A stretch of 64,000 bases of DNA from Candidatus Sericytochromatia bacterium (GTDB lineage: Bacteria; Cyanobacteriota; Sericytochromatia; UBA7694; JACMQJ01). The translations under genes and the position numbers were made by a program. The first letter of the stretch is position 1. The number at the start of each line of letters is the position of its first letter. Positions 11,613-23,389 of the stretch are shown here, piece by piece. The notes under the pieces were generated by a model. That model did no database searches. It saw only the letters and a list, made by a program, of their open reading frames with translations, and was not told where the DNA came from. The stretch spans positions 14,296 through 78,295 of the forward strand of contig BPII01000006.1 of assembly GCA_026004035.1 (NCBI GenBank), given 5' to 3'.

Positions 11613-14600
11613 ATACCGCTTTTTCATGTCAATCTTAAAATTATTATCTTTTAATTCTAAATATTCATTAGAATCAAAAATCAATTTTAAATTTTTATCT
11701 AATATTGGTTTATCAAAGTTAAATTCAAAATCACCTTTACCAATATTAAGTTTCATATCATTTAAAAACAAATTAAATTGACTATTTGAATAACCTTTTA
11801 ATTTACCTTTTAAAGTTTGTGCATTTATTAAATTAGCTATAAATTGAGCAACTTCTGCTCTTGTTGTTAATTTGTTTGGTCTAAATGTGTTATCTTCAAA
11901 AGCTACTAATAAATTATTACTATAAGCATTTAATACATGTGGTTTAGCCCAATCTGGGATTTTATCAAAATCTGAAAAAATATTATTTATGCTTCTAGTA
12001 TTACTTCCTAGTGCTTTACTAACAATAGTAGCTAGTTCGTATCTAGGAATAAAATTATCAGGTTTAAAAGTTTTATCTCTATAACCACTTACAAGATTTT
12101 CATCAACTGCTACTTTTATAAAAGGATTAGCCCAATGATTTTCTTTTACATCAATAAAATTAGCTTTACCTACTGGTCTATAGTTTTCTTTAGCTTTGAC
12201 TATTTCTAACTCTAAATCAATTTTATTATTTAAATCATCACTAATTTGAATAATATATTTACCAATTTCTAAAGGATTATTATTATCATCAAATCCATTC
12301 CAATCTAAGGAATAAAAAACCTTTTTCAAAAATTTTATTTTCATAAAAAGTTTTAACTACTTTATTATCTTTTAAAACTTTTAAAGTTATAGGTGTTTGA
12401 TTATTAACAAAAAATCTTATTGTAGTAAAAGTTTGAACATCGTAAGATTTCATAGCAACTAAAATAAGTTTTGTAGCTTCAGCTCTTGTTATATTTCTTT
12501 CTGGTTTAAAGTTACCATCCGGATAACCATGAATAATTTCTAATCCTGACTCATATTCAACGATTTTTCTTGACCAATGATCTTTAATATCTGGATATGT
12601 AATATAAGGTATTTTCTTTATGGAAATTTGATTAGGAAATAGAAATGCTAAACTTATAGGGTTTTCAGGTTTTCCTAACTTAAAGTCAATATTATCTAAT
12701 TTTACAAGTCTAAAGTTTGCCTTTCCTAATCCACTTTCAGGTATGAATACTCTTCTTATAATATCATCTTCACCAATCCAAGCTTCTTTTATTGGATTTT
12801 TAAATTTAGGTATATAATAAAGTGTTATTAATTTCTCTTTATTATCATAAATAACTTTTAAATCATTTGCTTTTTCCTTTAAGTCTAATTCATTTGTATT
12901 TAATTTTAAGCTATTATTTTCACTTTTATAAGTTTTATCATTTATATTTATTTCAAAATTTGTATTTGAAATAAACTCTAAAATTCCATCTGTAACATTT
13001 ACAAATCTATCCTTTATAATATCAATTTGTTTTTTTGTAGCTTTATCTATCTCTTTATTTTTATTTTCTATTAATTCTATTGCTTCATTTACAGGATAAA
13101 CATTTTTTAGGTAATGAATTTTTATCTATATGTAGTATAAAATCTCCTGGTGGTAAATCAGGTATAGAATATTTACCATTTTTATCTGTTAAAATTCTTA
13201 AAACCGTTTGCAGTGTATAATTCAATATTTTCTAATCCTGTGTCTTTCTCATCAGGTATTCCATTATTATTATTGTCTATAAATACTCTACCTATTATTG
13301 CACCATTATACCCGAATATATCTTTTCTAACAAAAACAATTGCTTTAGCTGGACCACCTTCAAGTTTAGTTCCATTAGGAGAAATTGCATTAACTCTTGC
13401 TTCATTTATAGATGCACCACCACTTACTCTTATACCTGTTCTAGCTTGATAAACTAAAGTAAATTTCTTTTCTGGTGGCATATCACCAAGTTTTATTTCC
13501 ATTTTTTCAATAGCTTCAAAATTATCTATTTTTTGACCATTTATGGATAATGTATTAGGTACATACTTAAAGCCTTCTGGTAATTTATCTATTACAATAC
13601 CATTTTTTAATGTATATCTAAGTTTATTTGTTACATCAACAGTATAAAACAACTGTATCACCTATATTTATAGTTTGCTTATTAACTTTTTTATTTATAT
13701 CAAAAATCTTTTTAGCTCTTAAAGGAATATTAAAAGGAATACTTTCAACATCTTTTATTACTGTTAATTGTGCTTTTTCATCAAAAATATTAAGCATATA
13801 TTTACCAATTTTTTCATCACTTGGCATAGTTCTAACTATAAATTGTCTGCTTTCATATCCATCAGCTTTTACTGTTAAACAATATTGTTTAAATGTTAAT
13901 TGTTCTTTTGATAGAAAAAATTGATAAAGACCATCTTCTTTTGTAATTATAGGGTTATTTTGAGATTGTCCTGGTGCTATATCTTCTAGTTTTACTAAAT
14001 TATTAGGATTATCACAAGAATGTATTAACCTTACTTCAGCATCTTTAACTCTTACATCTAATCCTCCTAACTCATCATAAACTATACCAAAAGGATCAAC
14101 TAATAAATCTAAATTAACTATTACATCGCCTTCCTTTACTTCAACATTTACTTTACTATAAGTAACATATCCATCAGCTTTTGTAACTTTAACATAATAA
14201 ATTCCTGGTTTTAATTCATTTCCTTGAGAGTCTTTTGAAAATTGATATAATCCGTTTGCATCAGAATTTACAGTTGCTATAACATTACCTTTCTCATCTA
14301 ATAGTTCCACAAGTGCATTAGAAACGATTTTTTTAGTTTGACTATCTACTACTTTACCTGATATTTCTATTGGTGTTTTGTTATCACCAATTTTTTGAAT
14401 ATTAACATTTTTCTGAGTTATCAAAATTCCATTTTTATCTTGATATATTATTGTGTATAATCCTTTATCTGGAAGAGAAACTTTAAATGTACCCAATTTT
14501 CCTGTTAAATAAGTAGTTACTTCTTTTCCATCTTTATCTAGCACCTTTATAATTGCTTTATCTAAAGGCAATCCTGTTTTTTTATCAATAACAGTTCCAG

Positions 14601-15659
14601 AAATAAAATATTCTAATTGTAATGTGTTAACTGTAGTGTTAGTTAAAACTTTTATTACTTTCTTATCTACTAAATCTTTTGTCAAAAAATTATCTTTATC
14701 ATCTTTATGTGGATATTCTACATAAGCTTGATTATCTATACTACCTTCTTTTGCATTATCCTTAACTTTAACTTTAAAACTTACTTGTGCTTTTACATCT
14801 TGCTCTAATTTATCCCATAGAACTTTTATGTATTTTGTATCTTTGCTAGGAAAATTATTCCAATTTACATTATCATTGGAAAATAAAATTTTACCTCCTA
14901 AGTTTGCAATAACAGGTGTATCAATTAGTAAAAAAAACATCATCTGGAAGTTTATCTATTAAAGCTAAATCCAAAGCAACCTCATCACCATTATTTTCTA
15001 ATTCAATGGTATATAAAAGAACCTCACCAACTCTAATATTACCTCTAGGATAAACACTTTTATTTGTTACTATACTAACACCTTTTTTCTTTGTATCAAA
15101 AGGTATGCTACTAGTTATGGATATCACTTTTATTTTTAAATTATCTTGTTTTATAATAGTAGGCTGTAATATAGTAATACCTGATATTTTTGGTTCTATT
15201 ATTGTATTGTCAGGTAATCCTATAATATCTTTTATAGCAACTATAAAATTAAAAGTTTGATTTGGTTGTAATTTAGGTGTTGATACTATTTTACTTTCAT
15301 CTTGTTCTATTAATCCATTATTATTTTTATCTTCATATATTTCAAAAATTGTTCCAGCTAGTAAATTTTCAACACTAAGATTATATGTTTCTTCTTTATC
15401 ACCTGTATTAGTTATTTCAGAAGGAAAAAGCCAAGTACTTAAAGGTGTTCCTTCTATGTTATTTTTTTTTGCTTTTATAATAAAATTCCTATTTATAGCA
15501 ATTATAGATGTTTCTTCAATATTTGATAAAACCTTTTGAGTTTTACCTTTATCATCAATATAAGTTCCTTCAGCTTGATTAATTATGGAAAGTGCAAAGG
15601 AATTTTTTTTGAAAAATAAAATTACTATAAATAAGAATAATTGAAATATTTTTTTTCAT
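11610..15659 (-). CDS. Large SLH-domain cell-surface protein (~1340 aa): signal peptide, DUF11, multiple Cna-B/SdrD-B-like domains, two C-terminal SLH domains. Broken into at least 5 frames (ORFs 14921..15127, 13636..14943, 13182..13661, a start-less frame ~12290..13120, 11610..12344)
   Basis: The ATG at 15659 is followed directly by an A8 run (plus strand T8 at 15649-15656). With A7 the product begins MKKIFQLFLFIVILFFKKNSFALS (signal peptide) and reads through into the 15127 ORF. That ORF contains EVLLYTIELENNGDEVALDLALIDKLPDD (DUF11-like). The 435-aa and 159-aa ORFs carry Cna-B-like repeats (GKVVDSQTKKIVSNALVELLDEKGNVIATVNSDANGLYQF; GRVFIDNNNNGIPDEKDTGLENIELY). The open frame 12290-13120 encodes IHGYPDGNFKPERNITRAEATKLIL (SLH) and the 244-aa ORF encodes GYRDKTFKPDNFIPRYELATIVSKAL (SLH). 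Frame junctions coincide with A/T runs (for example A8 at 14930-14937). Confidence 0.6.
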
Positions 15660-15668
15660 AATTTTTCA

Positions 15669-15693
15669 AAAAAAAAGGCTCTTACGAGCCTTG
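15669..15693 (-). terminator. Rho-independent terminator of the 975-aa gene
   Basis: Minus strand reads AAGGCTCGTAAGAGCCTTTTTTTTTG: a 7-bp GC-containing stem, 4-nt loop and T9 tail, 9 nt after the stop at 15702. Confidence 0.7.
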
Positions 15694-15701
15694 ATTTAAT
15701 A

Positions 15702-18629
15702 TTAATTAATTTGCACCCTAAATCTTACTTCTCCTCTTTCAGCTGGATTTACTGTTCCTCCAGTTGTTGCTGTGTTAGCACCTCCAACATAAAATCTAAC
15801 TTGATTTGTTAAGAATTCACCTGCATCATCACCACTAGCGTCTGTAACAGCAGCACCATTAAATACTCCTCCATTATCAGTTATATCAGGATCATATTGT
15901 AATGAACCTGAAACATATGTTGTATTTGCTGGTATTAAGTCTGTAATAACACAATTTAGAGCGTCAGCACTACCTATATTTTCATATTGTATTCTATATT
16001 CTAAAATATCACCTGGTTTTCCTGTTGTTCCAGGATCATTATTAGTTCCTGAAGGTCCTTTATTTACAACAGATTTTGTTAATGATATGAAGCCAGATAC
16101 AACTGTTGTAGTATCAGTATTAGTTTGTGTATTAGAACCAACTTGTCCTGTAACTACTGTGCTGTCAACAGTTCCTGAAGGAGTTCCAGAAGGTATAATA
16201 ACCTTTATTTTGAAATTAAATGAAGCACCAGGTGCTAATGGTGTTGTTGTAGTTATTATATTATTTGATGTATCCATTACTTGATAAGTAAACCCATTAG
16301 TTCCAGCACTTGCACTTAAATTATATGTTTCAGTTGTATTACCTGTATTTGTTAATGTATGGTCGTAGAATAATACACCACCAGCAGGAGCAGAGCCACT
16401 CCTATTTGCTACTAATGTAAATGTTCGGAAAGCAGGTACTATTAAAGTATCGGATACAGTATCAAACTTAGTATTATCATTTGTAGATGTAGAAGTAATA
16501 TTAACTGGATATGAATTTGGTGCTACTCCAGAAGGAACATTTACAACAGCCACAAAATTAGCTGAAGCACCAGCATTTATAACACCTGTATCACTAACAT
16601 TTAGATTTCCTCTTTCTAAAACAGTAGCACCAGCTGCAACAGAAGCAAATAAAGATTGACCAGCAGCAAATGTTACTGTATTACCAGCTACACTTCCTAC
16701 TGTTAAAGTTTGACCATTAATAATTATATTATCTCCAGCTGTAAATCCAGTAGCATTAGTTAAATCAACTGATGTTGCACCTGCTGATGCAGCACTAGCT
16801 AATGTTGTTGTTGTAAGAACAGGATAGAATAAAATTGTTGCACCAGAGATTGTAGTAGATGAGGTTAGATTAAATGTATCAGGACTACCTCCTTTATTTT
16901 GTATTTGTATAGGATAAGAAACTGTTGTTCCATTTGCACTAGCTGTAAGTGATACAGGTGTATCATCATCATTTGTGCTTGCACTTCCATTTATTATATT
17001 TTCTAAATTAACATCAGGTACAATAACACTAGTTAATCTATTTCTTGTTGTATCACTTAATGTTTGTCCTGGATTTGTTCCAATAGCTGTTCCACCATTT
17101 GTAGATGTTGCTCTAACAACTGCATTGAAAGGACCACCACTTGCATTAGTAGGAACAAAAACTCTTGTTACAAATGTAAATTCTCCTTCATCTACAGCAG
17201 GAGTATTTGGATCATCTCTCAAAATATTTCCTGTATCTGGGATACTATCACCGTTTGTGTCGAGTAATGGATTTACGTTATTAGCTCCAACACTTGGATC
17301 TGTTAATTGGAAGAAAGAAACAGTTGATCCAGCAGGGAATGTATTACTATCTACTGTAATATTAAATAAATCAGTTGCATTACCTTTGTTCTTAACTACA
17401 TTTTTGAAATATAAATATGTTCCTGCTGGAGTGCTTGCTTGAACAGTTGCATCTGTTGTAGCTGCATCTGTACCTGTTGTTGTTTGAGCACCAAATGGAG
17501 TACTTGAGAATGTTAATAGTACAGCTGATTTTCTATTAATTTGAGAATTTACTGTATTTGTTGTTCCTGTTATTTTTGGTGTATTAATATCATTATCATC
17601 ATAACTAAAATTAGCACTATTTGGAACTACTACATTAGGAGCAGTTGCTTCTACTCTAACTTTAAAACTTACCACTCTTGTATTAGCTGGAGCCAAAGAA
17701 GGTAATTGCCATCTAACATGTGTTACATTTGCATCTGTTGTTCCTGTAGGAGTATAAGTATAAGTTGTACCACCATCATTTGAGAAAGAAAATGTTCCAA
17801 CACCACTTTGAGAAGCAACAATAAAATCTGTATTTGCTGGTATTTGATCTATAAACTCAACATTGTTAGCTGTTTGGTTACCAGTATTTGTAATTGTAAA
17901 TGTATATGTTAAATCACCATTTGGATCAACATTAGCTAAGTCAACTGTTTTAGATACTGATATAACAGCATCATTTACAACTGTTGTTTTATTATAATTA
18001 TTTGTATCAGTTACAGTATTATTACCTACTGAAGTACCTTGTAAATCTACTGTTATAACATTACCACTGCTAGCACTTGATGGAACTTGATATTTTACTA
18101 TTAACTTAACTTGAGTATCAGCTGGAACATTATTGACAGAACCTCCATTTGGTATTAAAGTATCTCCAACATCTACTATACCATTTCCATTAACATCTAA
18201 ATATACTTCTTTACTACTATTTACTCCTGTAACCAAGCTTGGTGTTGTTGTTGAACCTACTACAGAACTTATTGTGAAAGAATCTGTAGCATTACCATTA
18301 TTTGTTAATGTATATGGATAATATACAATACCACCTGGTGTAGCATTTTGTTGTTGTCCTGGTGATGCTTCAGTTCCATTTGGGGTTATAGTAAAACCAT
18401 AAACAGCAGTTACAGTAGTTGTAACAAGATTAGATGTAGAAGTATAAGAATTATTTTGTGAGTCCTCGTAAGTCGCTGTAGCTTGGTTACCTATAACAGT
18501 TCCTGCTGGAGTTCCAACAGCCTTGGCTTCCTTTTGAACTCCAACTAAAGAAAATGGTGTAACGAGTAGTAAAGCTGTTAATAATGAGGTTAGCTTACTA
18601 CTTTCTTTTTTGAGTTTAATTTTACTCAT
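15702..18629 (-). CDS. DUF11 (TIGR01451 conserved-repeat) cell-surface protein, 975 aa, Thr/Asn/Gly-rich; possible S-layer or outer-layer component
   Basis: Signal peptide MSKIKLKKESSKLTSLLTALLLVTPFSLVG. Repeated ~100-aa beta-rich units with motifs such as YTFTITNTGNQTANNVEF and YNLSASAGTNGFTY. Strong SD AAGGAGAG 7 nt before the ATG. Confidence 0.6.
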   Translation of the reverse strand: MSKIKLKKESSKLTSLLTALLLVTPFSLVGVQKEAKAVGTPAGTVIGNQATATYEDSQNNSYTSTSNLVTTTVTAVYGFTITPNGTEASPGQQQNATPGGIVYYPYTLTNNGNATDSFTISSVVGSTTTPSLVTGVNSSKEVYLDVNGNGIVDVGDTLIPNGGSVNNVPADTQVKLIVKYQVPSSASSGNVITVDLQGTSVGNNTVTDTNNYNKTTVVNDAVISVSKTVDLANVDPNGDLTYTFTITNTGNQTANNVEFIDQIPANTDFIVASQSGVGTFSFSNDGGTTYTYTPTGTTDANVTHVRWQLPSLAPANTRVVSFKVRVEATAPNVVVPNSANFSYDDNDINTPKITGTTNTVNSQINRKSAVLLTFSSTPFGAQTTTGTDAATTDATVQASTPAGTYLYFKNVVKNKGNATDLFNITVDSNTFPAGSTVSFFQLTDPSVGANNVNPLLDTNGDSIPDTGNILRDDPNTPAVDEGEFTFVTRVFVPTNASGGPFNAVVRATSTNGGTAIGTNPGQTLSDTTRNRLTSVIVPDVNLENIINGSASTNDDDTPVSLTASANGTTVSYPIQIQNKGGSPDTFNLTSSTTISGATILFYPVLTTTTLASAASAGATSVDLTNATGFTAGDNIIINGQTLTVGSVAGNTVTFAAGQSLFASVAAGATVLERGNLNVSDTGVINAGASANFVAVVNVPSGVAPNSYPVNITSTSTNDNTKFDTVSDTLIVPAFRTFTLVANRSGSAPAGGVLFYDHTLTNTGNTTETYNLSASAGTNGFTYQVMDTSNNIITTTTPLAPGASFNFKIKVIIPSGTPSGTVDSTVVTGQVGSNTQTNTDTTTVVSGFISLTKSVVNKGPSGTNNDPGTTGKPGDILEYRIQYENIGSADALNCVITDLIPANTTYVSGSLQYDPDITDNGGVFNGAAVTDASGDDAGEFLTNQVRFYVGGANTATTGGTVNPAERGEVRFRVQIN

Positions 18630-18657
18630 TTTATACTCTCCTTATAAATAAAAATTA

Positions 18658-19113
18658 CTATTTTAACTTAACTTTATAACTTATAACCAAAGTTTGATTT
18701 GGTTTTAAAGGTTTATCTATAAGCCATTTTATTTTTTTATACATATCAGGTGTTGCTGGTTTTAAAACTTCTTTATTTCCTTCTCTTACTTTTATTTTTG
18801 GTTCTTTATCAAAAGTTTTACCATCTAGGCTAAATAAAGCTTCATATAAATATTTTTCTTTAATATATGTTGTTCCTTCTGGTATATTTCCTACCGGTTG
18901 TAATTTTCTAGCTTCAGAATCACCAACATTTGTCAAAACAATTCTATATACAAGAGTATCACCAGGCTGAGCTTTATCAGCAGATTCGTAAATTTCTTTA
19001 TTATCTTTCAAAATTATCTTTTGATTTTCTAGCTTTACCTTTACATCAGGCTTAGAATAAGCTGGTAAAGAAAAAGTAAAACTTATTAAAAATAAACTTA
19101 CTAATCTCTTCAT
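18658..19113 (-). CDS. Small secreted single-domain DUF11-like protein (~151 aa), first gene of the operon with the 975-aa protein
   Basis: MKRLVSLFLISFTFSLPAYS is a signal peptide. DTLVYRIVLTNVGDSEARKL is a DUF11-type motif. The ORF track start at 19119 is a TTG; ATG at 19113 is more likely. Confidence 0.5.
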   Translation of the reverse strand: MKRLVSLFLISFTFSLPAYSKPDVKVKLENQKIILKDNKEIYESADKAQPGDTLVYRIVLTNVGDSEARKLQPVGNIPEGTTYIKEKYLYEALFSLDGKTFDKEPKIKVREGNKEVLKPATPDMYKKIKWLIDKPLKPNQTLVISYKVKLK

Positions 19114-19170
19114 AATCAAACAAAAATAATAATAACTAATATGTTATTTTAATACTATTAAATAACAAAT

Positions 19171-19218
19171 TTGTATGAAGTTAAACACTATTTACGTGAA
19201 GATTTTGTGAAGATTTTA
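19171..19218 (-). promoter_or_regulatory. Second copy of the direct-repeat + TTTAAC-N17-TTTAAT promoter block, upstream of the 153-aa/975-aa operon
   Basis: Minus strand reads ATTAAAATCTTCACAAAATCTTCACGTAAATAGTGTTTAACTTCATACAAATTTGTTATTTAAT. It carries a tandem 11-bp repeat AAAATCTTCAC and matches the 11553-11612 block. Confidence 0.5.
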
Positions 19219-19641
19219 ATTTTTAATGATATTTTGAATATTAATTAAAATATTTTTAATATCTTTTTCTGTAGTTTTTACATAAGAATATTTAAAGTAA
19301 TCTATACTTTTTAAAGTATTAATTAAATAATCATTATTAATTATAGTAGATATTTCTTCTGTTGTTAAGTATTTGCAATCAATATTCTCTTTATATTTTA
19401 TATATTCCTTTAAAATTAAAGATAGTTCATCTAACAATTTATCTGTAGAATTATTTAAATTTAAACTATTAATTTTTTTTTCTAGAATTTGCTTATAATT
19501 CAAACTATTATTTCTTGATGATAAAAATTTTCTCATTAAGAAGAATATTAATAATAAAATTAGCAATACTAAAATTAAGTAAAAAATATTATTTTGATAT
19601 ATTATTTTTATCGGATCATATATATCATGTATATCATTCAT
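19216..19641 (-). CDS. Hypothetical membrane protein (one N-terminal TM helix)
   Basis: ORF; its start overlaps the upstream gene stop (ATGA at 19638-19641). Confidence 0.4.
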   Translation of the reverse strand: MNDIHDIYDPIKIIYQNNIFYLILVLLILLLIFFLMRKFLSSRNNSLNYKQILEKKINSLNLNNSTDKLLDELSLILKEYIKYKENIDCKYLTTEEISTIINNDYLINTLKSIDYFKYSYVKTTEKDIKNILINIQNIIKN

Positions 19642-20510
19642 TTAATAGATACTAATTCAGTATAAAGAACTTTTACAGTTGCTTCTCTAAGATTTATTGT
19701 TTTTATACCAAAATTTTCAAATACACGCTTACTTTTTAAAGATTTTACATTTTTTAAATCCAGTTTTTCTTTGTATAATTTAGTGCTAGTTGCATCTCCA
19801 TTTATACCATGCAGTTCTAATTTAGAAAGTTTATCTACTTTATCCAAATTATTTTCAACAATAATAGTAGCTTTTTCTTTTTCTTTAAACTTAAGTGCTA
19901 ACTCAGTTACACAAATTAAGCCAATTAAAGCACTTAGAAATAAACTTGAGAAAATATTATTTAAAATAGTAGATAAAGATTGATTTTCTCCTAAAGTTAT
20001 ATAGTTAAATATACTTGCAACAGCAATAACACCAACAGCATAAACTAATATTGTTTCACTTTCTAGATGATCAGTAGCTAAAACAAGAGAAGAGTATAAA
20101 AGTGCTATTTTAAAATCAATTCCTAACAATGAGTAAGTTACATAAGTTAATCCTACAATAGTTATTAAAACATTTAAAGTAATAAGGTTTATTATTGATG
20201 AAAAATTTTTTCTTAAGTTATTCAAATTTATCAGCAAATAACCTTCAAAAACAATAATAGCAACACAAATTAATATTACTTTTATTCCATTTTTGTCAAA
20301 TACATCAGGATTTATAAGATTTAATCCATATTTACCTAAAATAATTTCAAAAAACATAAAAAATATTATTGAAGGAAAATTTGTTTTATTTGATAATAAA
20401 TGACCTAAGATACCTACTAATAAAATTGATACTAATGTTATTATTATTATTATTATTAGTAAAGAAAGATAATGATGTAAATATTCACCTAAGTTAAATA
20501 TATCATTCAT
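19638..20510 (-). CDS. Hypothetical polytopic membrane protein (possible cation/proton-antiporter-like fragment)
   Basis: About 7 hydrophobic helices. LLVGILGHLLSNK resembles CPA-family N-termini. Its start overlaps the aconitase stop at 20510. Confidence 0.35.
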   Translation of the reverse strand: MNDIFNLGEYLHHYLSLLIIIIIITLVSILLVGILGHLLSNKTNFPSIIFFMFFEIILGKYGLNLINPDVFDKNGIKVILICVAIIVFEGYLLINLNNLRKNFSSIINLITLNVLITIVGLTYVTYSLLGIDFKIALLYSSLVLATDHLESETILVYAVGVIAVASIFNYITLGENQSLSTILNNIFSSLFLSALIGLICVTELALKFKEKEKATIIVENNLDKVDKLSKLELHGINGDATSTKLYKEKLDLKNVKSLKSKRVFENFGIKTINLREATVKVLYTELVSIK

Positions 20511-23203
20511 TAATTTTTAATAAAATTTCTTAATACTGTTTGTAAAATTCCACCATTCCTATAATAATCAATTTCAACAGGTGTATCAATTCTACAAATG
20601 GCTTTGAATTCTATTTGTTCTCCATTTTCTTTTTTAGCAATTACTTTAACTTCTTGTTTAGGTTTTAAATTATCGTCTATTAAAATATCAAATAATTCAT
20701 CTCCTTTTAGTCCTAGTGTATTATAATTTTCTCCTTCTTTAAATTGCAAAGGTAAAACTCCCATACCAACTAAATTTGCCCTATGTATTCTTTCAAAGGA
20801 TTCAGCTATCACAAATTTAACTCCTAATAAATAAGTTCCTTTTGCTGCCCAATCTCTAGATGATCCTGTTCCATACTCTTTTCCTGCTAATATACCTAAT
20901 GGTATATTAGCAGCCTTATACTTCATTGCTGCATCATATATATATTCAACTTTATTTTCAGGAAAGTATAATGTGTATCCACCTTCGATTCCATCAAGTA
21001 ATAAATTCTTTAATCTTATATTAGCAAAAGTTCCTCTTGTCATAACCTTATCATTCCCTCTTCTTGATCCATAAGAATTAAAGTCTTTAGGATCAACACC
21101 ATTTTCAATTAAATATTTTCCTGCTGGACTATCTTTTTTTATTGATCCTGCTGGTGAAATATGATCTGTTGTTATTGAATCACCTAATTTTGCAAGTAAT
21201 CTAGCATTTTTAATTGCTTTTATAGGTTCAACATGCATTGATAAATTTTCAAAAAATGGTGGTTCTTGTATGTAAGTAGATTTTTCATTCCAATTAAATA
21301 AATCACTCTCTACAACAGGTATTTCATTCCATTGTTTATTAGAAAACTCTACATTATCATACATTTTCTTAAATACATCTTTGTCAAGAGCATATTTTAA
21401 TAAACTATTTATTTCATCATTACTAGGCCATATATCTTTTAAATAAACTTCTTTACCTTCATTATCAATTCCTAAAGGTTCTTTTGTTAAATCTATATCT
21501 ACAGTTCCAGCTATTGCATAAGCTACAACTAAAGGTGGGGATGCTAAATAATTAGCTTTTACACTTGGATGTATTCTTCCTTCAAAATTTCTATTTCCTG
21601 ACAAAACACTAGCAACTATTAAATCACCTTCTTTTATTGCTGATTCTACTTCATCTTTTATAGGTCCAGAATTACCTATACAAGTAGTACATCCATAACC
21701 AACAGTGTTAAAACCTAACTTGTCTAAATATTCTGTTAATCCAGTTTGATTTAAATATTCTGTTACAACTCTAGAGCCGGGAGCAAGTGAAGTCTTAACA
21801 TAAGGTTTTACTTTTAAACCTTTCTCTACAGCTTTTTTAGCTAATAATCCAGCACCTATTAAAACACTAGGATTTGATGTATTAGTACAACTTGTTATTG
21901 CAGCAATAACAACATCACCATGTTTCATTTTTACTTCTTCTTTTTCTTTAAATATTCCAAAATTTGAAAGTTTTTCTTCATTTAAATTAAATCCTTTAGT
22001 ATCAGTTAATGAATTTCTAAAAACTTCCTTCATTTTTGATAATGAAACTCTGTCTTGAGGTCTTTTTGGACCAGCCAAAGATGGTTCTACTGTTGATAAG
22101 TCTAATTCTAATGTATCTGTAAATATTGGATCTTCCGTATCATCTGTTCTAAATAATCCTTGAAGTTTCATATAATTTTCAACAGTTTTAACTAATTCTT
22201 CAGGTCTTCCTGTATTTCTTAAATAATTAAGTGCTTCATTATCTATTGGAAAAAATCCCATAGTAGCACCATATTCGGGTGCCATATTTGCTATTGTTGC
22301 TCTATCAGGTAAAGATATATTGCTTAAACCACTTCCATAAAATTCTACAAATTTACCTACAACTCCTTTTTTACGTAGCATTTGAACTATTGTTAAAGTT
22401 AAATCAGTAGCAGTTACACCTGGTTGTAATTTACCATATAATTTAAATCCTATAACTTCAGGTATTAACATATATATAGGTTGTCCTAACATAACAGCTT
22501 CAGCTTCTATGCCACCTACACCCCAACCTAATATACCTAATCCATTTATCATTGTTGTATGTGAATCAGTACCTACTAAAGAATCAGGATAAAAAACTTT
22601 TAAGTCATCTTCATCTTTACTCCAAAGTGCTTTTGCTAAATACTCTAAATTAACCTGATGAATTATGCCAATTGAAGGTGGAATTACTCTAAAGTTTTTT
22701 AATGACTTTTGACCCCATTTAAGAAATTCATATCTTTCTCTATTTCTTTCAAATTCTAAACTTCTATTTTTATCTAAAGCATCATTAGAACCATAAAAAT
22801 CTACTTGAACAGAATGATCTATAACTAAATCAACTGGTACAATTGGATTTATTTTAGTAGAATCGCCCCCAAATCTTTTCATAGCACTTCTCATTGCTGC
22901 TAAATCAACAACAACAGGAACACCTGTAAAATCTTGTAATATTACTCTAGCAGGTTTAAATGGTATTTCCTCTTCTTTTGGATTTTTTGGATCATAATTT
23001 GCTAATTTATAAATATCTTCTTGATTTACTAAATAATCATCACATTCTCTTAATACAGATTCTAATAATATCTTTATAGAAAAAGGAAGTTTTCTTATAT
23101 TAGGAAATCCTTTTTCTTCAAGTTTTGATAAACTATACATATATGCTTGATTTCCATATCCAGTGTCAAATTTAACTCTGGTATCAATCATTTTTTTAGC
23201 CAT
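20510..23203 (-). CDS. acnA: Aconitate hydratase A
   Basis: 897 aa. N-terminus [30 protein letters not shown], and the [11 protein letters not shown] and SGNRNFEGR regions are aconitase A/IRP-family signatures. Confidence 0.9.
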   Translation of the reverse strand: MAKKMIDTRVKFDTGYGNQAYMYSLSKLEEKGFPNIRKLPFSIKILLESVLRECDDYLVNQEDIYKLANYDPKNPKEEEIPFKPARVILQDFTGVPVVVDLAAMRSAMKRFGGDSTKINPIVPVDLVIDHSVQVDFYGSNDALDKNRSLEFERNRERYEFLKWGQKSLKNFRVIPPSIGIIHQVNLEYLAKALWSKDEDDLKVFYPDSLVGTDSHTTMINGLGILGWGVGGIEAEAVMLGQPIYMLIPEVIGFKLYGKLQPGVTATDLTLTIVQMLRKKGVVGKFVEFYGSGLSNISLPDRATIANMAPEYGATMGFFPIDNEALNYLRNTGRPEELVKTVENYMKLQGLFRTDDTEDPIFTDTLELDLSTVEPSLAGPKRPQDRVSLSKMKEVFRNSLTDTKGFNLNEEKLSNFGIFKEKEEVKMKHGDVVIAAITSCTNTSNPSVLIGAGLLAKKAVEKGLKVKPYVKTSLAPGSRVVTEYLNQTGLTEYLDKLGFNTVGYGCTTCIGNSGPIKDEVESAIKEGDLIVASVLSGNRNFEGRIHPSVKANYLASPPLVVAYAIAGTVDIDLTKEPLGIDNEGKEVYLKDIWPSNDEINSLLKYALDKDVFKKMYDNVEFSNKQWNEIPVVESDLFNWNEKSTYIQEPPFFENLSMHVEPIKAIKNARLLAKLGDSITTDHISPAGSIKKDSPAGKYLIENGVDPKDFNSYGSRRGNDKVMTRGTFANIRLKNLLLDGIEGGYTLYFPENKVEYIYDAAMKYKAANIPLGILAGKEYGTGSSRDWAAKGTYLLGVKFVIAESFERIHRANLVGMGVLPLQFKEGENYNTLGLKGDELFDILIDDNLKPKQEVKVIAKKENGEQIEFKAICRIDTPVEIDYYRNGGILQTVLRNFIKN

Positions 23204-23389
23204 TTAACAACTCCTTTGTTATAATTTAGATAATTAAGTTTAGCACTATACTAATTAATATTAACATTTTTTTACAAAGATATAATTTTTTGATTTAAAA
23301 TAAAAAAACTATCACTTTTTTATTAAGCTAGACATTTTAATATTTAGATTTTAAAATTTATAAATAAAATTAAAAAACAAAGAGGTTTT

